Positions 45,714 to 55,845 of a DNA stretch of 64,000 nucleotides are shown piece after piece. This stretch comes from Deltaproteobacteria bacterium Ga0077539 (lineage in GTDB: Bacteria > Myxococcota_A > Polyangia > Polyangiales > Ga0077539), in NCBI GenBank assembly GCA_001465015.1, contig LNEO01000143.1, positions 62,864-126,863 of the forward strand, read 5' to 3'. The position numbers were made by a program, and so were the translations under genes. Numbering within the stretch: position 1 is the first letter of the stretch; the number at the start of each line of letters is the position of its first letter. The notes beneath the pieces were generated by a model. That model made no database searches. It was not told the origin of the DNA and worked only from the letters and a program-made list of their open reading frames with translations.

Positions 45714-46448
45714 TCAGTCCATTCCCAAGAACGCGCGCGTCCGCGGGTCTTTCGGCGACCCGAGCACCTCGTGCGGCGCGCCTCGCTCGACGATCGATCC
45801 GCCGTGCAGGACGCACACTTCGTCGCTGATCGCGCGGACGAAGGACATCTCGTGGCTGACGATCACCAGCGCGAGCCCCTCGCTCACGATCGCCTTCAGC
45901 AGCTCGGTGACGTCTTGAACGCGCTCTGGATCGAGCGCGCTCGTCGGCTCGTCCATGAGCAACACTTCGGGCTTCATCGCGAGCGCCCTCGCGATCGCGA
46001 CGCGCTGCTGCTGCCCGCCCGAGAGCTCGTGCGGATACTTCGCGCCGTGCTCCTCCATGCCCACCTTCGCGAGAAGCTGCGCCGCGTGCTCGGTGGCGTG
46101 CTTCACTGACTCGCCGCGGACGTGGACGGGCGCCTCGATGATGTTTCCGACCGCGGTGCGATGGGCGAAGAGGTTCCACTGCTGAAACACGAACCCGACC
46201 CGTCCGCGGAGCCTCGCGAGCATCGCGCGATTGTGCCGCTCTCCTCCCGCGCGAATCGTCACGCCAGAAATCGTAATCGAGCCGCTGTCGAAGGACTCGA
46301 GGCCGTTGAGGCAGCGCAAGAGCGTCGTCTTGCCTCCGCCGGATGGACCGACGAGGGACACCACGGATTTCGCGGCGAACGTCGCGGTGATTCCGTTGAG
46401 CACCGTTCGGTCGCCGAAGGCCTTCGTCACTGTGTCGAGCTCGATCAT
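45714..46448 (-). CDS. Polar amino-acid ABC transporter ATP-binding protein
   Basis: Walker A GPSGGGKTT, Q-loop, signature LSGGQQQRVAIARAL, Walker B LLMDEPTSALD. The ATG overlaps the permease stop (ATGA). Confidence 0.9.
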   Translation of the reverse strand: MIELDTVTKAFGDRTVLNGITATFAAKSVVSLVGPSGGGKTTLLRCLNGLESFDSGSITISGVTIRAGGERHNRAMLARLRGRVGFVFQQWNLFAHRTAVGNIIEAPVHVRGESVKHATEHAAQLLAKVGMEEHGAKYPHELSGGQQQRVAIARALAMKPEVLLMDEPTSALDPERVQDVTELLKAIVSEGLALVIVSHEMSFVRAISDEVCVLHGGSIVERGAPHEVLGSPKDPRTRAFLGMD

Positions 46449-47923
46449 GATCTCGCCAGCCGCTTCTCGAGGTTTCGTGACAGGCGCGAGAGCGGATAGC
46501 TCATCGCGAAGTACATGGCCGCGCACGCGAGCCCCGGCAAGAGCCACGATCGCACGTCCACGGCGGTGATCGTCATCTGCTTGGTGAGCTCGACCACGGT
46601 GATCACCGACACGAGCGAGCTGTCCTTGAGCAGCGCGATGAAGTCGTTGGTCACCCCGGGCAGCGCCATGCGAAACGCCTGCGGAACGATCACTCGCCGC
46701 AGCGCCAATCCCCTCGTCATCCCCAGCGCGAGGGCGGCTTCCATTTGCCCCTTCGGAACCGCCTGCAGCCCAGCGCGATAGACCTCTGCTTCGTACGCCG
46801 CGTAGTTGAGCCCGAGGCCCACGATCGCCGCCGTCATCGGCGAGAGCTGCACGTAGCGAGACAGACCAAAGTAGAAGAGATAGAGCTGCAGGAGCACGGG
46901 CGTCCCGCGAAAGACCTCGACGTAGCTCGTGCAAAGCACGCCGATCGGTCGCGGGCCGTACTCGCGGGACAGCGCCAGGAGCATTCCCAGGACGATCGCG
47001 AGGATCATCGCGCCCGCGCTCACGCGCACCGTCACCCACGCGCCGCGCGCGAAGAGCGCGAGGTGCGGGGTCCCGAAGGTGGCGCGCTCGGTGGTTCGAA
47101 GCAGCTGCGCCTGGTTTTCGTCAGTCCATCGGACGATCGTGTCGAGCCTGGGGTCGTCGATCTGCCATCGAGCCATGATGCGACGCAGCTCTCCAGTGCG
47201 CGAGATGCGCTCGAGTGCCTGATCGATCGCGCGCCCGAGGTCCTCGTCTCCGGGCCGCACCGCCGCAGCGTAGTAGCCGTCGCCGAGATCTCCGACGACG
47301 CGCAGCGAGTCTTTCACCACGCCGTACCGCGTCGCGATGATGTCATCGAGCAGCACGGCGTCGGTGCGCCCGCGCTCGAGGTCGACGTAGGGTTCTTCTT
47401 GTCCTTCGTAGAGCACGGCCTCGATGCCGTTGCGCCGAAGGAGGTCGTGGGACTGGGAGTTTCCGAGCGTTCCGACGCGCAGGCCGCGCAGCGCGTTGAC
47501 GTCGGCTCGCACTCTTCTGTCTCCAGCGCGCGCCATCAGCCGCATTCGGTACAGGTAGTACGGTCGCGTGAATCGAACGCGCCCCGTTCGGGCCGGCGTC
47601 ACCTCGAGCCCGTTGAGGGCGACGTCGAACGTCCCGCGCTCGAGCGACGGAACGAGGTTCGCCCAGTCGTTTTGCACGAAGGTCGCGCGGACGTTGAGCT
47701 CCCTGGCGATGGCCGAAGCGAGGTCGACTTCGAAGCCAACGAGCGTGTCGGCGTTGTGGGGATCGCGAAACACGTACGGCTCTCCGCCCTGCGTGTCGCC
47801 TCCCCACCTGAGCTCTCCCCTCGCCCGCACCGCCGCGAGGCCGGTCGGCGCGCGCTGGCACGACAACAGTCCGAACGCGAGGCACATCCAGATCAACCAC
47901 CACCGCACGTTCGTCGCTCTCAC
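46445..47923 (-). CDS. Fused family-3 substrate-binding protein and permease of an amino-acid ABC transporter
   Basis: SBP part: LRWGGDTQGGEPYVF...GFEVDLASAIAREL...WANLVPSLERGTFDVALNG. Permease part includes the EAA-like region EAALALGMTRGLALRRVIVPQA. The start is uncertain (47887-47923). Confidence 0.8.
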   Translation of the reverse strand: MRATNVRWWLIWMCLAFGLLSCQRAPTGLAAVRARGELRWGGDTQGGEPYVFRDPHNADTLVGFEVDLASAIARELNVRATFVQNDWANLVPSLERGTFDVALNGLEVTPARTGRVRFTRPYYLYRMRLMARAGDRRVRADVNALRGLRVGTLGNSQSHDLLRRNGIEAVLYEGQEEPYVDLERGRTDAVLLDDIIATRYGVVKDSLRVVGDLGDGYYAAAVRPGDEDLGRAIDQALERISRTGELRRIMARWQIDDPRLDTIVRWTDENQAQLLRTTERATFGTPHLALFARGAWVTVRVSAGAMILAIVLGMLLALSREYGPRPIGVLCTSYVEVFRGTPVLLQLYLFYFGLSRYVQLSPMTAAIVGLGLNYAAYEAEVYRAGLQAVPKGQMEAALALGMTRGLALRRVIVPQAFRMALPGVTNDFIALLKDSSLVSVITVVELTKQMTITAVDVRSWLLPGLACAAMYFAMSYPLSRLSRNLEKRLARS

Positions 47924-47999
47924 GGGCGCGAGTGTCGCGCGAATCTCGCTGCGGTCACAGCGCGACAGCACGTCGGCGGCCGAGGGGCAAAACGCCTCG

Positions 48000-49136
48000 T
48001 CACATGTAGCTCAGCCACCAGTCGGTTCGTCGCCGCTTCAGCGCCGCGAACCAAACGCACGCCGGATAGAGCGCGGCGAGGACGAGCGCCCACACGAGGA
48101 ACACGAGCGGCAGCGAGAGCCCGGTGCCGCGCCCAGAAGCGAGCGCCGCTTCGATCGCCGCGACGCCGCCGCGCGCGAGGAGAAAGAGCCCGGCGCTCAG
48201 CTGCAACAGCGGCAAATGCACGACATAGAAGAACAGCGGAACGCGCCCGAGCGTCGCGAGACGATCGCCGAGGGCGGCGCGCTCGTGCGTCCACCAGGCC
48301 AAGAGCAGAAACAGCGGGCCGACGGTCATCAGGAGGTACGCGAGCGACGGGGGGTACTTCGCGGTGTTCAGCACCGCGAGCGCAGAGAATCCTGCGCGGG
48401 CGACCGGTCGCCATGGCGTCGGATCGCCGTACAAGTTTGGGACTCGAAGCGCGACGAACGCGGCGAGGCACGCGACGCCGATCGCCGCCAGGGTCCGCCG
48501 CTGCTCTCGCTCGGGGCGCTCGAACACCGGTCCGATCGCGTACCCGAGCGCCATGAGCCCCACCCACGGAACGAGCGGATACAGCACGAACACCCGGATC
48601 GGCCCCAGCGCGAAGCGCCGCGACTCGTGCGCGATCGCCCACAGTGAACTCGAAAAGTGAACACCGTCGAGCGCGTTGTGTCCGATGCAGACAACGGCGC
48701 CGAACAGCGCGATCGCCCAGCGAGGAAGGGCCCGTAGCGCCCCCAACGCCACCATCGACCACCCGAGCGCCCAGATCACCTGCAGCGTCACCCGGGGCAT
48801 GTGCACGGCAAACGACCAACCTGCCCGCACGATCGTGAGCTCGAGCACGATCAACCAGAGGCCGCGCGTGACGAGAAAGCGAGACAGCTCCGCGCCGCTC
48901 AGTCGTCGGCCGTGCAGGTACGCTGATGTGCCGGCGAGCAGGACGAACGTCGGCGCGCAAAAGTGCGTGATCCAGCGGGTGAAGAACAGCGGGGCCGAGG
49001 CCTGAGTGAGGTCCGTGGCGCGAATCGAGTGATCGCCGAAATAGTCTCGCGTGTGGTCGAGCGCCATGAGCGCCATGGCCAACCCGCGAGCGCGATCGAG
49101 GGCGGCGAGGCGCGGGGCCTTCGAGGGGGCCGTCAT
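48000..49136 (-). CDS. DUF1624 / heparan-alpha-glucosaminide N-acetyltransferase-like integral membrane acyltransferase
   Basis: RLAALDRARGLAMALMALDHTRDYF...FFTRWITHFCAPTFVLLAG, with about 9-10 TM helices. Start at ATG 49136. Confidence 0.65.
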   Translation of the reverse strand: MTAPSKAPRLAALDRARGLAMALMALDHTRDYFGDHSIRATDLTQASAPLFFTRWITHFCAPTFVLLAGTSAYLHGRRLSGAELSRFLVTRGLWLIVLELTIVRAGWSFAVHMPRVTLQVIWALGWSMVALGALRALPRWAIALFGAVVCIGHNALDGVHFSSSLWAIAHESRRFALGPIRVFVLYPLVPWVGLMALGYAIGPVFERPEREQRRTLAAIGVACLAAFVALRVPNLYGDPTPWRPVARAGFSALAVLNTAKYPPSLAYLLMTVGPLFLLLAWWTHERAALGDRLATLGRVPLFFYVVHLPLLQLSAGLFLLARGGVAAIEAALASGRGTGLSLPLVFLVWALVLAALYPACVWFAALKRRRTDWWLSYM

Positions 49137-49157
49137 CGCGCGACGATACTGCCTTTT

Positions 49158-49229
49158 CGGGACTGTTCTGATTTGCCGAACGCCGCGGCTCTGCGCGGCG
49201 TGAGGGAGGACGAAATCAGGACAGTCCCG
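49158..49229 (+). promoter_or_regulatory. Nested hairpin element: a 17-bp outer stem with one U-G wobble on the plus strand, plus an inner 7-bp GC stem
   Basis: CGGGACTGTTCTGATTT (49158-49174) pairs with AAATCAGGACAGTCCCG (49213-49229). Inner stem: CGCCGCG (49181-87) / CGCGGCG (49194-200). Confidence 0.4.
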
Positions 49230-49414
49230 CCCTTTGCGAGGGTGAAGACCCACGTACGCCCGCGCGAAATCTCTTGGATTGCTTCGGACTTCTGCAATTT
49301 GGGCGCTGTTGCTACCTTCGCGGTGATGCCTCGCCTCAAGTTCGCGCGCCATTGTGCTCAGCGATCGCCGAACGTCGCGCAGGCACACGTTGACGGACGG
49401 GAAGTCGTCGACCC

Positions 49415-52177
49415 ATGAGCTCGATCGTCCCTGGCGAGCGCGTGGGGCCGTACGAGATCGTCGCGGAGGTTCGCGGCGGCGGAATGGCCTCGCTGTTTCT
49501 CGGACGCCGCCTCGGCCCCGAGGGCTTCTCGCGGATCGTGGCGATCAAGGTCATTCATTCGCATCTGTCGTCGGATCGCGCGTTCGTCGAGATGTTTCTC
49601 GACGAGGCGCGGCTGTCGTCGCGCATCGTGCACCCCAACGTCGTGCGCGTCGAAGAGCTCGGCGAGCACGACGGGACCTACTTTCTCGCGATGGAGTTCG
49701 TCCAGGGCGCGACCCTGGCCGCGCTGATGTCCGCTCTTCATCGCGCGAACGCCGTGCTTCCCGTCGAGATCGCCTGCGCCATTGCGATGCGAACCGCGGA
49801 CGGCCTTCACGCGGCGCACGAAGTGACCGATGACGACGGCGTCTCGCTCGAGGTGATCCACCGCGACGTATCCCCGCAGAACATCCTGCTCAGCGACAAA
49901 GGGCACGTGAAGCTGATCGACTTCGGCGTCGCGCGGGCCCGCGGCCGCCGGCAAGCGTCCGAAGCAGGCGCGCTCAAAGGCAAGCTCGGCTACATGGCTC
50001 CCGAGCAAGCGTGGGGGCGGGAGATCGACCGTCGCGCCGACGTCTACGCGCTCGGCGTCGTGCTGTGGGAGATGCTCACGCGCAGGCGCCTGCTCACGGG
50101 CGACAACGAGATCGCGGTCCTCGAAGCTGCCAGGGCGCCTCGCGTCACACCCCCGCACGACCTCGATCCGTCCATCACGACCGCGCTGAGCAACGTCGTC
50201 ATGACCGCGCTCGCGATCGATCCCGGCGAGCGCTTTCAGACCGCAAACGCCTTTCGCCGAGCGATCGGCAACGCCTGTCCGGACGCCATCAAGGTCGAGC
50301 CCGACGCGATCGCAAAGCTCCTTTCGTCGGTGCTCGCGACCGAGCTCGCGCGCGAGCGAGAGCTGGTCCAGTCCGAGCCGCGCATGTCCCACGTGCCGCG
50401 GACCTCATCGGCCGCCCTCGCGCCGGACGTCGAGACGGTCGCGTCGACGCCGTCGGCCGTGAGCGAGAGAACGAGCAGCGGCCCCGCGGAGTCTGCGACG
50501 AGCCTCTCGTCTGCTACCGCGGTCAACAGCGCTTCATCGTCGAGGGCGAAGTCTGGGACGTCGCTGCTCGTCTCGGCAGCGGCGCTCATGGCGCTCGGCG
50601 CCCTTGGATCGATCGCCGTCAAGAAGCTCCGCGCGCCGCTCGTGACCACGGTCGTGCGGCCTGTCGTCCGCTCGCTCTGCGACGAGAAGATCGCGATCGA
50701 CGCGCCCGAGGGACGTCCCGCGAGCGTCGACCTCGACACACGAAATCGAGCGGGCGGGAGATTCGATCTCGGGCCGCTGCGCATCGCGCCGTCTCCAGAG
50801 GCCATCGTCGAGCTGAGAGTCCTCGGGGTCGGGCCGCGATCGATCGATCTCTCGACGGTCAACACCGGCACGGACGTGCGCTTCGACACGATTCTGGCCG
50901 TGTTTCGAGGCCCGTGCGACGCCGGGCTCACGTCGCGCCCGCCGGACGTCGTTGGCGACGATCAGCCAGCGGAGCGCGAGTTTCGCGCGCGAACGACGCT
51001 CCGCGCGAACGGCGGGGATGTCCTCACGGTTGTCGTCGCTGGGTTCGGAGGTGTGTTCGGAGGTCGCGTCGATCGAGGGCTCGTCCAGCTCGACGTGAGC
51101 AACAACCTCAGCCGCGCGCCCACGATTCAGTCGGTTCGCCTGGTCGCCGGCGAGCGCCGACTCGTGGCGATCGTGCGTGGCGGCGACGAGGATGGCGATC
51201 TCTCGTCGATGAGGGTGCGTTTGTTCGGCGAGGACGGCGCTGCGCTCCAGCGACTCGGCGTGGAGTCGAGGGTCGCGCTCGCCTTCGATGGTCCCTTGGA
51301 CGATCCGAGCTACAGCGGCAGCGCGTCGAGCGACGTCGGAGAGGAAGTCCCGCTCGAAGCGGCGAGGTCCGCAGAGGTGGTGCTCGTCGATCGACCCGGA
51401 AACGAGAGCGCGTCGCTCCGAGTCCCCGTCGAGCGCGTCGCCATCGTCGGACCCAACGAGCGATGCGACGATCGACGCCTCTGCGCGCCGAACCTCGCGT
51501 GCGACGTCGGTCGATGTCGAGCGACGACCGATCAGGTCGCGGCGTGTCGCGACGCCTCGCCGGTCGAGTTCGTTCGAGGCGACGACGGCGTTCTTCGAGC
51601 GTCGTTCAGCGGCAGGGTCATGCCGGGTCCAGGGTTGTTCGACGGAGCGTGCTTTCGCGCTGCGACGCAGGCTCGAGAGCAGATCGTCCGCCTCGTGATT
51701 CCGCAGGGACGGTGGCGGCTCGTCGCCAGCACCGACGAGGGGGCGAGCGGCGCTGTCACTCGCCCAGACCCGGACACCATCCTCTACTTTCGACGATCGT
51801 GCCTCGACTCGTCGCGCGCCTCGGCGCCAGTCGAGTGGTGCAACGACGACGTCGCGTTTCGTCGCATCCAGCGCTCGACCGTCGAGATCCCAGAGATCAC
51901 CGGCGGCGAGCTGTTCGGCTTCGTCGAGATCTGGGGCAGCAGCCTCGCGGACGGGCACGGCTCGCGCTACACGCTGTCGCTCGAGCTGCGGCCGGTCACC
52001 GCCGACGCGCCCCGCGCGCGAGACGCTCGATGCCCCGCCGAAATGCCAGCCGACGATGCGCTTTGCGCGTTCGAACGACTCGCGTGCACCTACCCTGCCT
52101 CGGGCGTCGCTCGCCGCTGCGCGTGCATCCACACGCTCGCGAACCCTGATTTGTTCACCTGGCACTGCGAGCGGTGA
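49415..52177 (+). CDS. Ser/Thr protein kinase with one TM segment and a large Cys-containing extracytoplasmic domain
   Basis: [10 protein letters not shown]...VAIKV; [11 protein letters not shown]; DFGVA; GYMAPEQ. TM helix [20 protein letters not shown] ~500-aa C-terminal region follows. Confidence 0.85.
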   Translation: MSSIVPGERVGPYEIVAEVRGGGMASLFLGRRLGPEGFSRIVAIKVIHSHLSSDRAFVEMFLDEARLSSRIVHPNVVRVEELGEHDGTYFLAMEFVQGATLAALMSALHRANAVLPVEIACAIAMRTADGLHAAHEVTDDDGVSLEVIHRDVSPQNILLSDKGHVKLIDFGVARARGRRQASEAGALKGKLGYMAPEQAWGREIDRRADVYALGVVLWEMLTRRRLLTGDNEIAVLEAARAPRVTPPHDLDPSITTALSNVVMTALAIDPGERFQTANAFRRAIGNACPDAIKVEPDAIAKLLSSVLATELARERELVQSEPRMSHVPRTSSAALAPDVETVASTPSAVSERTSSGPAESATSLSSATAVNSASSSRAKSGTSLLVSAAALMALGALGSIAVKKLRAPLVTTVVRPVVRSLCDEKIAIDAPEGRPASVDLDTRNRAGGRFDLGPLRIAPSPEAIVELRVLGVGPRSIDLSTVNTGTDVRFDTILAVFRGPCDAGLTSRPPDVVGDDQPAEREFRARTTLRANGGDVLTVVVAGFGGVFGGRVDRGLVQLDVSNNLSRAPTIQSVRLVAGERRLVAIVRGGDEDGDLSSMRVRLFGEDGAALQRLGVESRVALAFDGPLDDPSYSGSASSDVGEEVPLEAARSAEVVLVDRPGNESASLRVPVERVAIVGPNERCDDRRLCAPNLACDVGRCRATTDQVAACRDASPVEFVRGDDGVLRASFSGRVMPGPGLFDGACFRAATQAREQIVRLVIPQGRWRLVASTDEGASGAVTRPDPDTILYFRRSCLDSSRASAPVEWCNDDVAFRRIQRSTVEIPEITGGELFGFVEIWGSSLADGHGSRYTLSLELRPVTADAPRARDARCPAEMPADDALCAFERLACTYPASGVARRCACIHTLANPDLFTWHCER

Positions 52178-52181
52178 GCGC

Positions 52182-53198
52182 TCAGCCGGCGCGACGACGC
52201 GCGTCGGCTGCGTCGCTCGTGGCGAGCTCGCCCTCGTCTTCGCTCGAGGACGAGGCGGTCGTGTCGATTCGCACGCCGGTTTGCTGCTCTTCGACGCCGG
52301 CGACCTTTTTGGCCGCGCCGGTGAGAAAGGGGCGCATGAGCAGCGCGAGCAAGACCGCAGGGATGGCCGCAGAAGCGATGGGCGAGTTGGCCACGGTCCC
52401 GAACGCGAGGTCCATCGTCGTGCCGGTGGCTTGAATGGATGTGTCGCCGAGGGCGACAGCGCTGGCGCCGGCCGCGGCGACGGTGGCGCCTCCCGCGAGC
52501 ATTCCCCAGGTCTTCTGGCGGTAGAGCCCGAGCATCGCGAGCGCCGCGAGAGGCAGCACAGCGGTCGCGGCGGCGAACGTCTTCATCCCGTCCAAGAGCT
52601 GAAACGAGTGATCGACCAGCGACATCGCGGCCATCGCGAGCCAGCCGAGCCCGATCGCTCCGCCCATCACCCTCGCCTTGTTGTTGTCGGCGAGCGCGCC
52701 CCACCCGGCCAGCGCGCCCTTGCCCTTGGCGAGGATCATGGCGGGCAGCATCGTGACCGCGAAGAAGAGCATCGCGATCGAGCCGAGCCCGCGCCCCGCG
52801 CTCCAGTCGTTTGCGAACTCGAAGTACCAGACGACCTGCGGCGCGAGCACGCCGAACAGCGTCAAGATCGAGAGCGCCTTGGCGTCCGACGCGCCCTGGC
52901 GAAGCTTCTTCGCCGACGAGAAGAGCAGCTTCGCCGTGATCATCGCGAGCACGAGCCGCCACGGCGACAGCCACGTAATCAAGTAGTCGTTCACCGGGAC
53001 AGACACGCCGGGCATCCCGACGGTCACGGGCGTGTCGCGCCCGAGGAACTTGAACCAGTCGTGCCAGAAGTACCATCCCGACACGAGCGGATACGCCAGC
53101 GACAGCGCTGTCATCGCGCCCGCCCCCAGCAGTCGACTCGCTTTCTCTGCGCGCTGTTGCTCGGCTTCGGGTCGCGGCTCGTCCATCACCATGAACAC
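52182..53198 (-). CDS. Hypothetical polytopic membrane protein
   Basis: About 8 hydrophobic helices and an acidic Ser-rich C-terminal tail. I recognised no family. Confidence 0.5.
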   Translation of the reverse strand: MFMVMDEPRPEAEQQRAEKASRLLGAGAMTALSLAYPLVSGWYFWHDWFKFLGRDTPVTVGMPGVSVPVNDYLITWLSPWRLVLAMITAKLLFSSAKKLRQGASDAKALSILTLFGVLAPQVVWYFEFANDWSAGRGLGSIAMLFFAVTMLPAMILAKGKGALAGWGALADNNKARVMGGAIGLGWLAMAAMSLVDHSFQLLDGMKTFAAATAVLPLAALAMLGLYRQKTWGMLAGGATVAAAGASAVALGDTSIQATGTTMDLAFGTVANSPIASAAIPAVLLALLMRPFLTGAAKKVAGVEEQQTGVRIDTTASSSSEDEGELATSDAADARRRAG

Positions 53199-53303
53199 TC
53201 TAGCGCGATCGTCTGCGTCGCGCCGGTCGCCGCGCGCGGCGCGGTGGTTCGCGGTGGTTCGCGGGTTGTCCGTCGCTCACCCACCCGCGCACACACAGAG
53301 ACT

Positions 53304-54299
53304 TCAGCCCATTTCGCCGGCCCAGCTTCGGGCAAACGCGTCCCTCGCCGTTCGCACTCGCCCGTCGGTCTCCGCGCGACCGAGCACGATCATCAGCTTC
53401 GCGAGCGCGGCCTCGGTGGTCATGTCACCCGCTGAAATCGCTCCTGCCGCCGCTGCGGCGACGCCGCCTTCGTATCGCTTGAGGTCGACGCTGCCGCGCG
53501 GGCACTGGCTCACGATCACGACGGGAACGTCCATCGCGCGCGCCTTCTCGATCACGCCGACCAGCGAGTTCTCGATGCGCGGAATGTTTCCCGCGCCAAA
53601 GGCCTCGATCACCATTCCGCGCACGCCGGCGTCGAGCGCACCAGAAATCAACCTCGGGTCCAACCCAGGAAAGGTCCTCGTGGCAAGCACCCTCGCCTCG
53701 AGCCGCCCATCGAACGGCTCGGCCTCGCGCCTGGCGAGCACGTGCGGCCCGAACTGCACCCCCAAGCCCAGCTCGGCGAGCGGCGGACACGCAGGCGATC
53801 CGAAGGCGCTCATGCCCCAAGCGTCCATCTTCGTCGCGCGACATCCTCGCAACAGCCGCGAGTCGAAAACGATCCCCACCTCGGGCGGGCCGACCACGGC
53901 CAGGTGACAAGCGTCCACGAGGTTCGAGCGCGCGTCGGTGCGCACGTCTTGCAGCGGTTTTTGCGCGCCGGTCATCACGACTGGCCGATCCAGTCCGGTG
54001 AGCAAAAACGCGAGCGCGCTCGCCGTGTAGGCCATCGTGTCCGTGCCGTGCACGATCACGACGCCGTCGTAGCTCGGCAGCGACGAGTGCACGAGCTGGC
54101 CGAGCGACGCCCAGTGATGCGGCTGCATGTCGGACGAGTCCAGGTTGCTGAAGATCCTCGTCTCGATGTCGGCGATCTTCTTGAGCACCGGCAGCTCGGT
54201 CAACAGGTCCTGGGTGTACACGTCCGGCGCGAGCGGCGAAGGGTCACCGCCGCGCATCATGAGCGTCCCTCCGGTGTGCACGAGCAAGAGCTTGGGCAT
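53304..54299 (-). CDS. L-asparaginase, type I (AnsA-like)
   Basis: LLLVHTGGTLMM (catalytic Thr motif), IVHGTDTMAYTA, VVMTGAQKPL. Start at ATG 54299. Confidence 0.85.
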   Translation of the reverse strand: MPKLLLVHTGGTLMMRGGDPSPLAPDVYTQDLLTELPVLKKIADIETRIFSNLDSSDMQPHHWASLGQLVHSSLPSYDGVVIVHGTDTMAYTASALAFLLTGLDRPVVMTGAQKPLQDVRTDARSNLVDACHLAVVGPPEVGIVFDSRLLRGCRATKMDAWGMSAFGSPACPPLAELGLGVQFGPHVLARREAEPFDGRLEARVLATRTFPGLDPRLISGALDAGVRGMVIEAFGAGNIPRIENSLVGVIEKARAMDVPVVIVSQCPRGSVDLKRYEGGVAAAAAGAISAGDMTTEAALAKLMIVLGRAETDGRVRTARDAFARSWAGEMG

Positions 54300-54371
54300 A
54301 GGTTGCGGGCAACCATAGTACGCGCGGGCAAATCGCTCCGCATTCGCTACGATGTCGCCGCGGTGTCGCTC

Positions 54372-54635
54372 ATGTCCAAGCCTCGATGCCCCCAATGCGG
54401 ACTGGACCTCGATCCTCTGGACGCCAGTCCCTCGCCCAAAGGATCGGTGCATAGGGCGTGCGTCGAGGCCGCCACCCTTCTGGTCTCGAAGCCGCCGACC
54501 GACGAGTCGCCGTATCGATTGAAACCCATGTACGGCGGCCCTCGTCCGCCGCAGTCGAGCAACAAGCGATGGGTCGCCTTCGCGCTCGTCACGGTGACGG
54601 TGGTGGTCCTGGCGTTGGTGCTCGCCAGACGCTGA
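54372..54635 (+). CDS. Small tail-anchored CCHC zinc-ribbon protein (87 aa), paralog 1
   Basis: MSKPRCPQCGLDLDPLDASPSPKGSVHRACV...MYGGPRP...; C-terminal TM helix WVAFALVTVTVVVLALVLA. Confidence 0.5.
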   Translation: MSKPRCPQCGLDLDPLDASPSPKGSVHRACVEAATLLVSKPPTDESPYRLKPMYGGPRPPQSSNKRWVAFALVTVTVVVLALVLARR

Positions 54636-54694
54636 GCGCGAACGCGTTGGCGAGCCAGTCGACACGAGGAGCAGTCTCGCGCATCGTCTCGTCA

Positions 54695-54934
54695 ATGGCG
54701 CCGACTTGTCCCCGCTGTGGACTCCCGCTCGACCCGATGGAAGCTCGGCCGTCGCGCTCCGGCGCCGTTCACGCAGGATGCGTTCGAGACGAAGACGCCG
54801 AGCCCCCTCCGCACATCGACCGGATCGAACGCGCCGCGCCGAAGTATGGTGGCCCGCCCATTCGTCGCTACGGTTGCTCGATCGTGTTGATCCTGCTGAT
54901 CGTGACCTCGATCATTCTTCTTCGTCGCTTGTGA
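54695..54934 (+). CDS. Small tail-anchored CCHC zinc-ribbon protein (79 aa), paralog 2
   Basis: MAPTCPRCGLPLDPMEARPSRSGAVHAGCV...KYGGPPI...; C-terminal TM helix CSIVLILLIVTSIILL. Its stop overlaps the GTG of the next gene (GTGA). Confidence 0.5.
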   Translation: MAPTCPRCGLPLDPMEARPSRSGAVHAGCVRDEDAEPPPHIDRIERAAPKYGGPPIRRYGCSIVLILLIVTSIILLRRL

Positions 54935-55845
54935 CCTTCGTGCGAACCCGCGCTTCGACCCTCGCGCTCATCGCTCTGGCGGGCTGCAGAACGCTGCAGA
55001 TGGACAGCGATCTTCGGTCGGAGTTGCTTCGAGCGCAGAGCGACCGTTCGCTGTGCCGTCGCCGCGAGAGCGAGCTCCTCGCGATGCTCGAACCCACGGT
55101 GACGGTGCGCGTCGCGCGCCCCGATGAGCTCGATCGTTCGTTGGCTCGAAGCTCCGCGGCGGCGCTCCATCGACGCGCGGTGCTCGTGCACGTCGAGACG
55201 AGCACCGCGGTCGTCGAGGACGACGACGCTCGCGTCGAGACCGGCTTCGAAGTGCATGGTCGTCCGTCGCGTCTGGTGCTTCCGGCAGACTTCGCGCTGG
55301 CCGATTTTACCGCAGTGGATCGGGCGCGGCCGACCGACGACAGCGAGCCGATCGTCAACGACATCAACGTCACGCCGCTGCCGGGAGCGCTTCAGTCCTT
55401 CGCGGACGGGGTCCGCGTGGGCTACGCGACGTTTATCGTTCCGTTCGTGCTCATGACTTCGGTCGCCGGTCGCGGGCTGCCAGTCGTCGAGCAGGGTCAG
55501 CAGTCCGGCTCGAGCGCAAACGCGACGCACTCGCGCAGCGAGTGGGCCTTCCTCGGCTCGGTGCTCGAACGCGGCGGCTGTCAGCTCATGGCCGGCGGCG
55601 GGTGCCGGCGATGGTTCGTCGTTCCGCGTCCAGACGACGAAGCGACGGCGCCAGTCGCGCTGACGTTCTCCGTCCGCATCGCCGAGGGCAGCGCGCCGGT
55701 GCTGAGCGTCGAGCTGCCGAGCGACCCTTCAGCGAGCACGATCGAACAGCGAATTCACCGGCGATTTCCGCACAACACGCCGCTCGTTCTCTCGCGCGCC
55801 GAGGGCGTTCGTCACGCGAGCATCTGCGAGCGTCGCGCGAGGTAG
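54931..55845 (+). CDS. Hypothetical lipoprotein, translationally coupled to the zinc-ribbon mini-proteins
   Basis: GTG start at 54931, lipobox LIALAGC. I recognised no family. The 3' end overlaps convergent carB by 34 bp. Confidence 0.5.
   Translation: MTFVRTRASTLALIALAGCRTLQMDSDLRSELLRAQSDRSLCRRRESELLAMLEPTVTVRVARPDELDRSLARSSAAALHRRAVLVHVETSTAVVEDDDARVETGFEVHGRPSRLVLPADFALADFTAVDRARPTDDSEPIVNDINVTPLPGALQSFADGVRVGYATFIVPFVLMTSVAGRGLPVVEQGQQSGSSANATHSRSEWAFLGSVLERGGCQLMAGGGCRRWFVVPRPDDEATAPVALTFSVRIAEGSAPVLSVELPSDPSASTIEQRIHRRFPHNTPLVLSRAEGVRHASICERRAR

Noticed and set aside
53233-53262. The direct repeat gcggtggttc x2 (plus a partial copy) between the membrane-protein and asparaginase genes.
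   Set aside because: There are only two short copies, in a GC-rich spacer downstream of the membrane-protein start, and I saw no further copies in the window. Chance or a minor slippage product is sufficient explanation.
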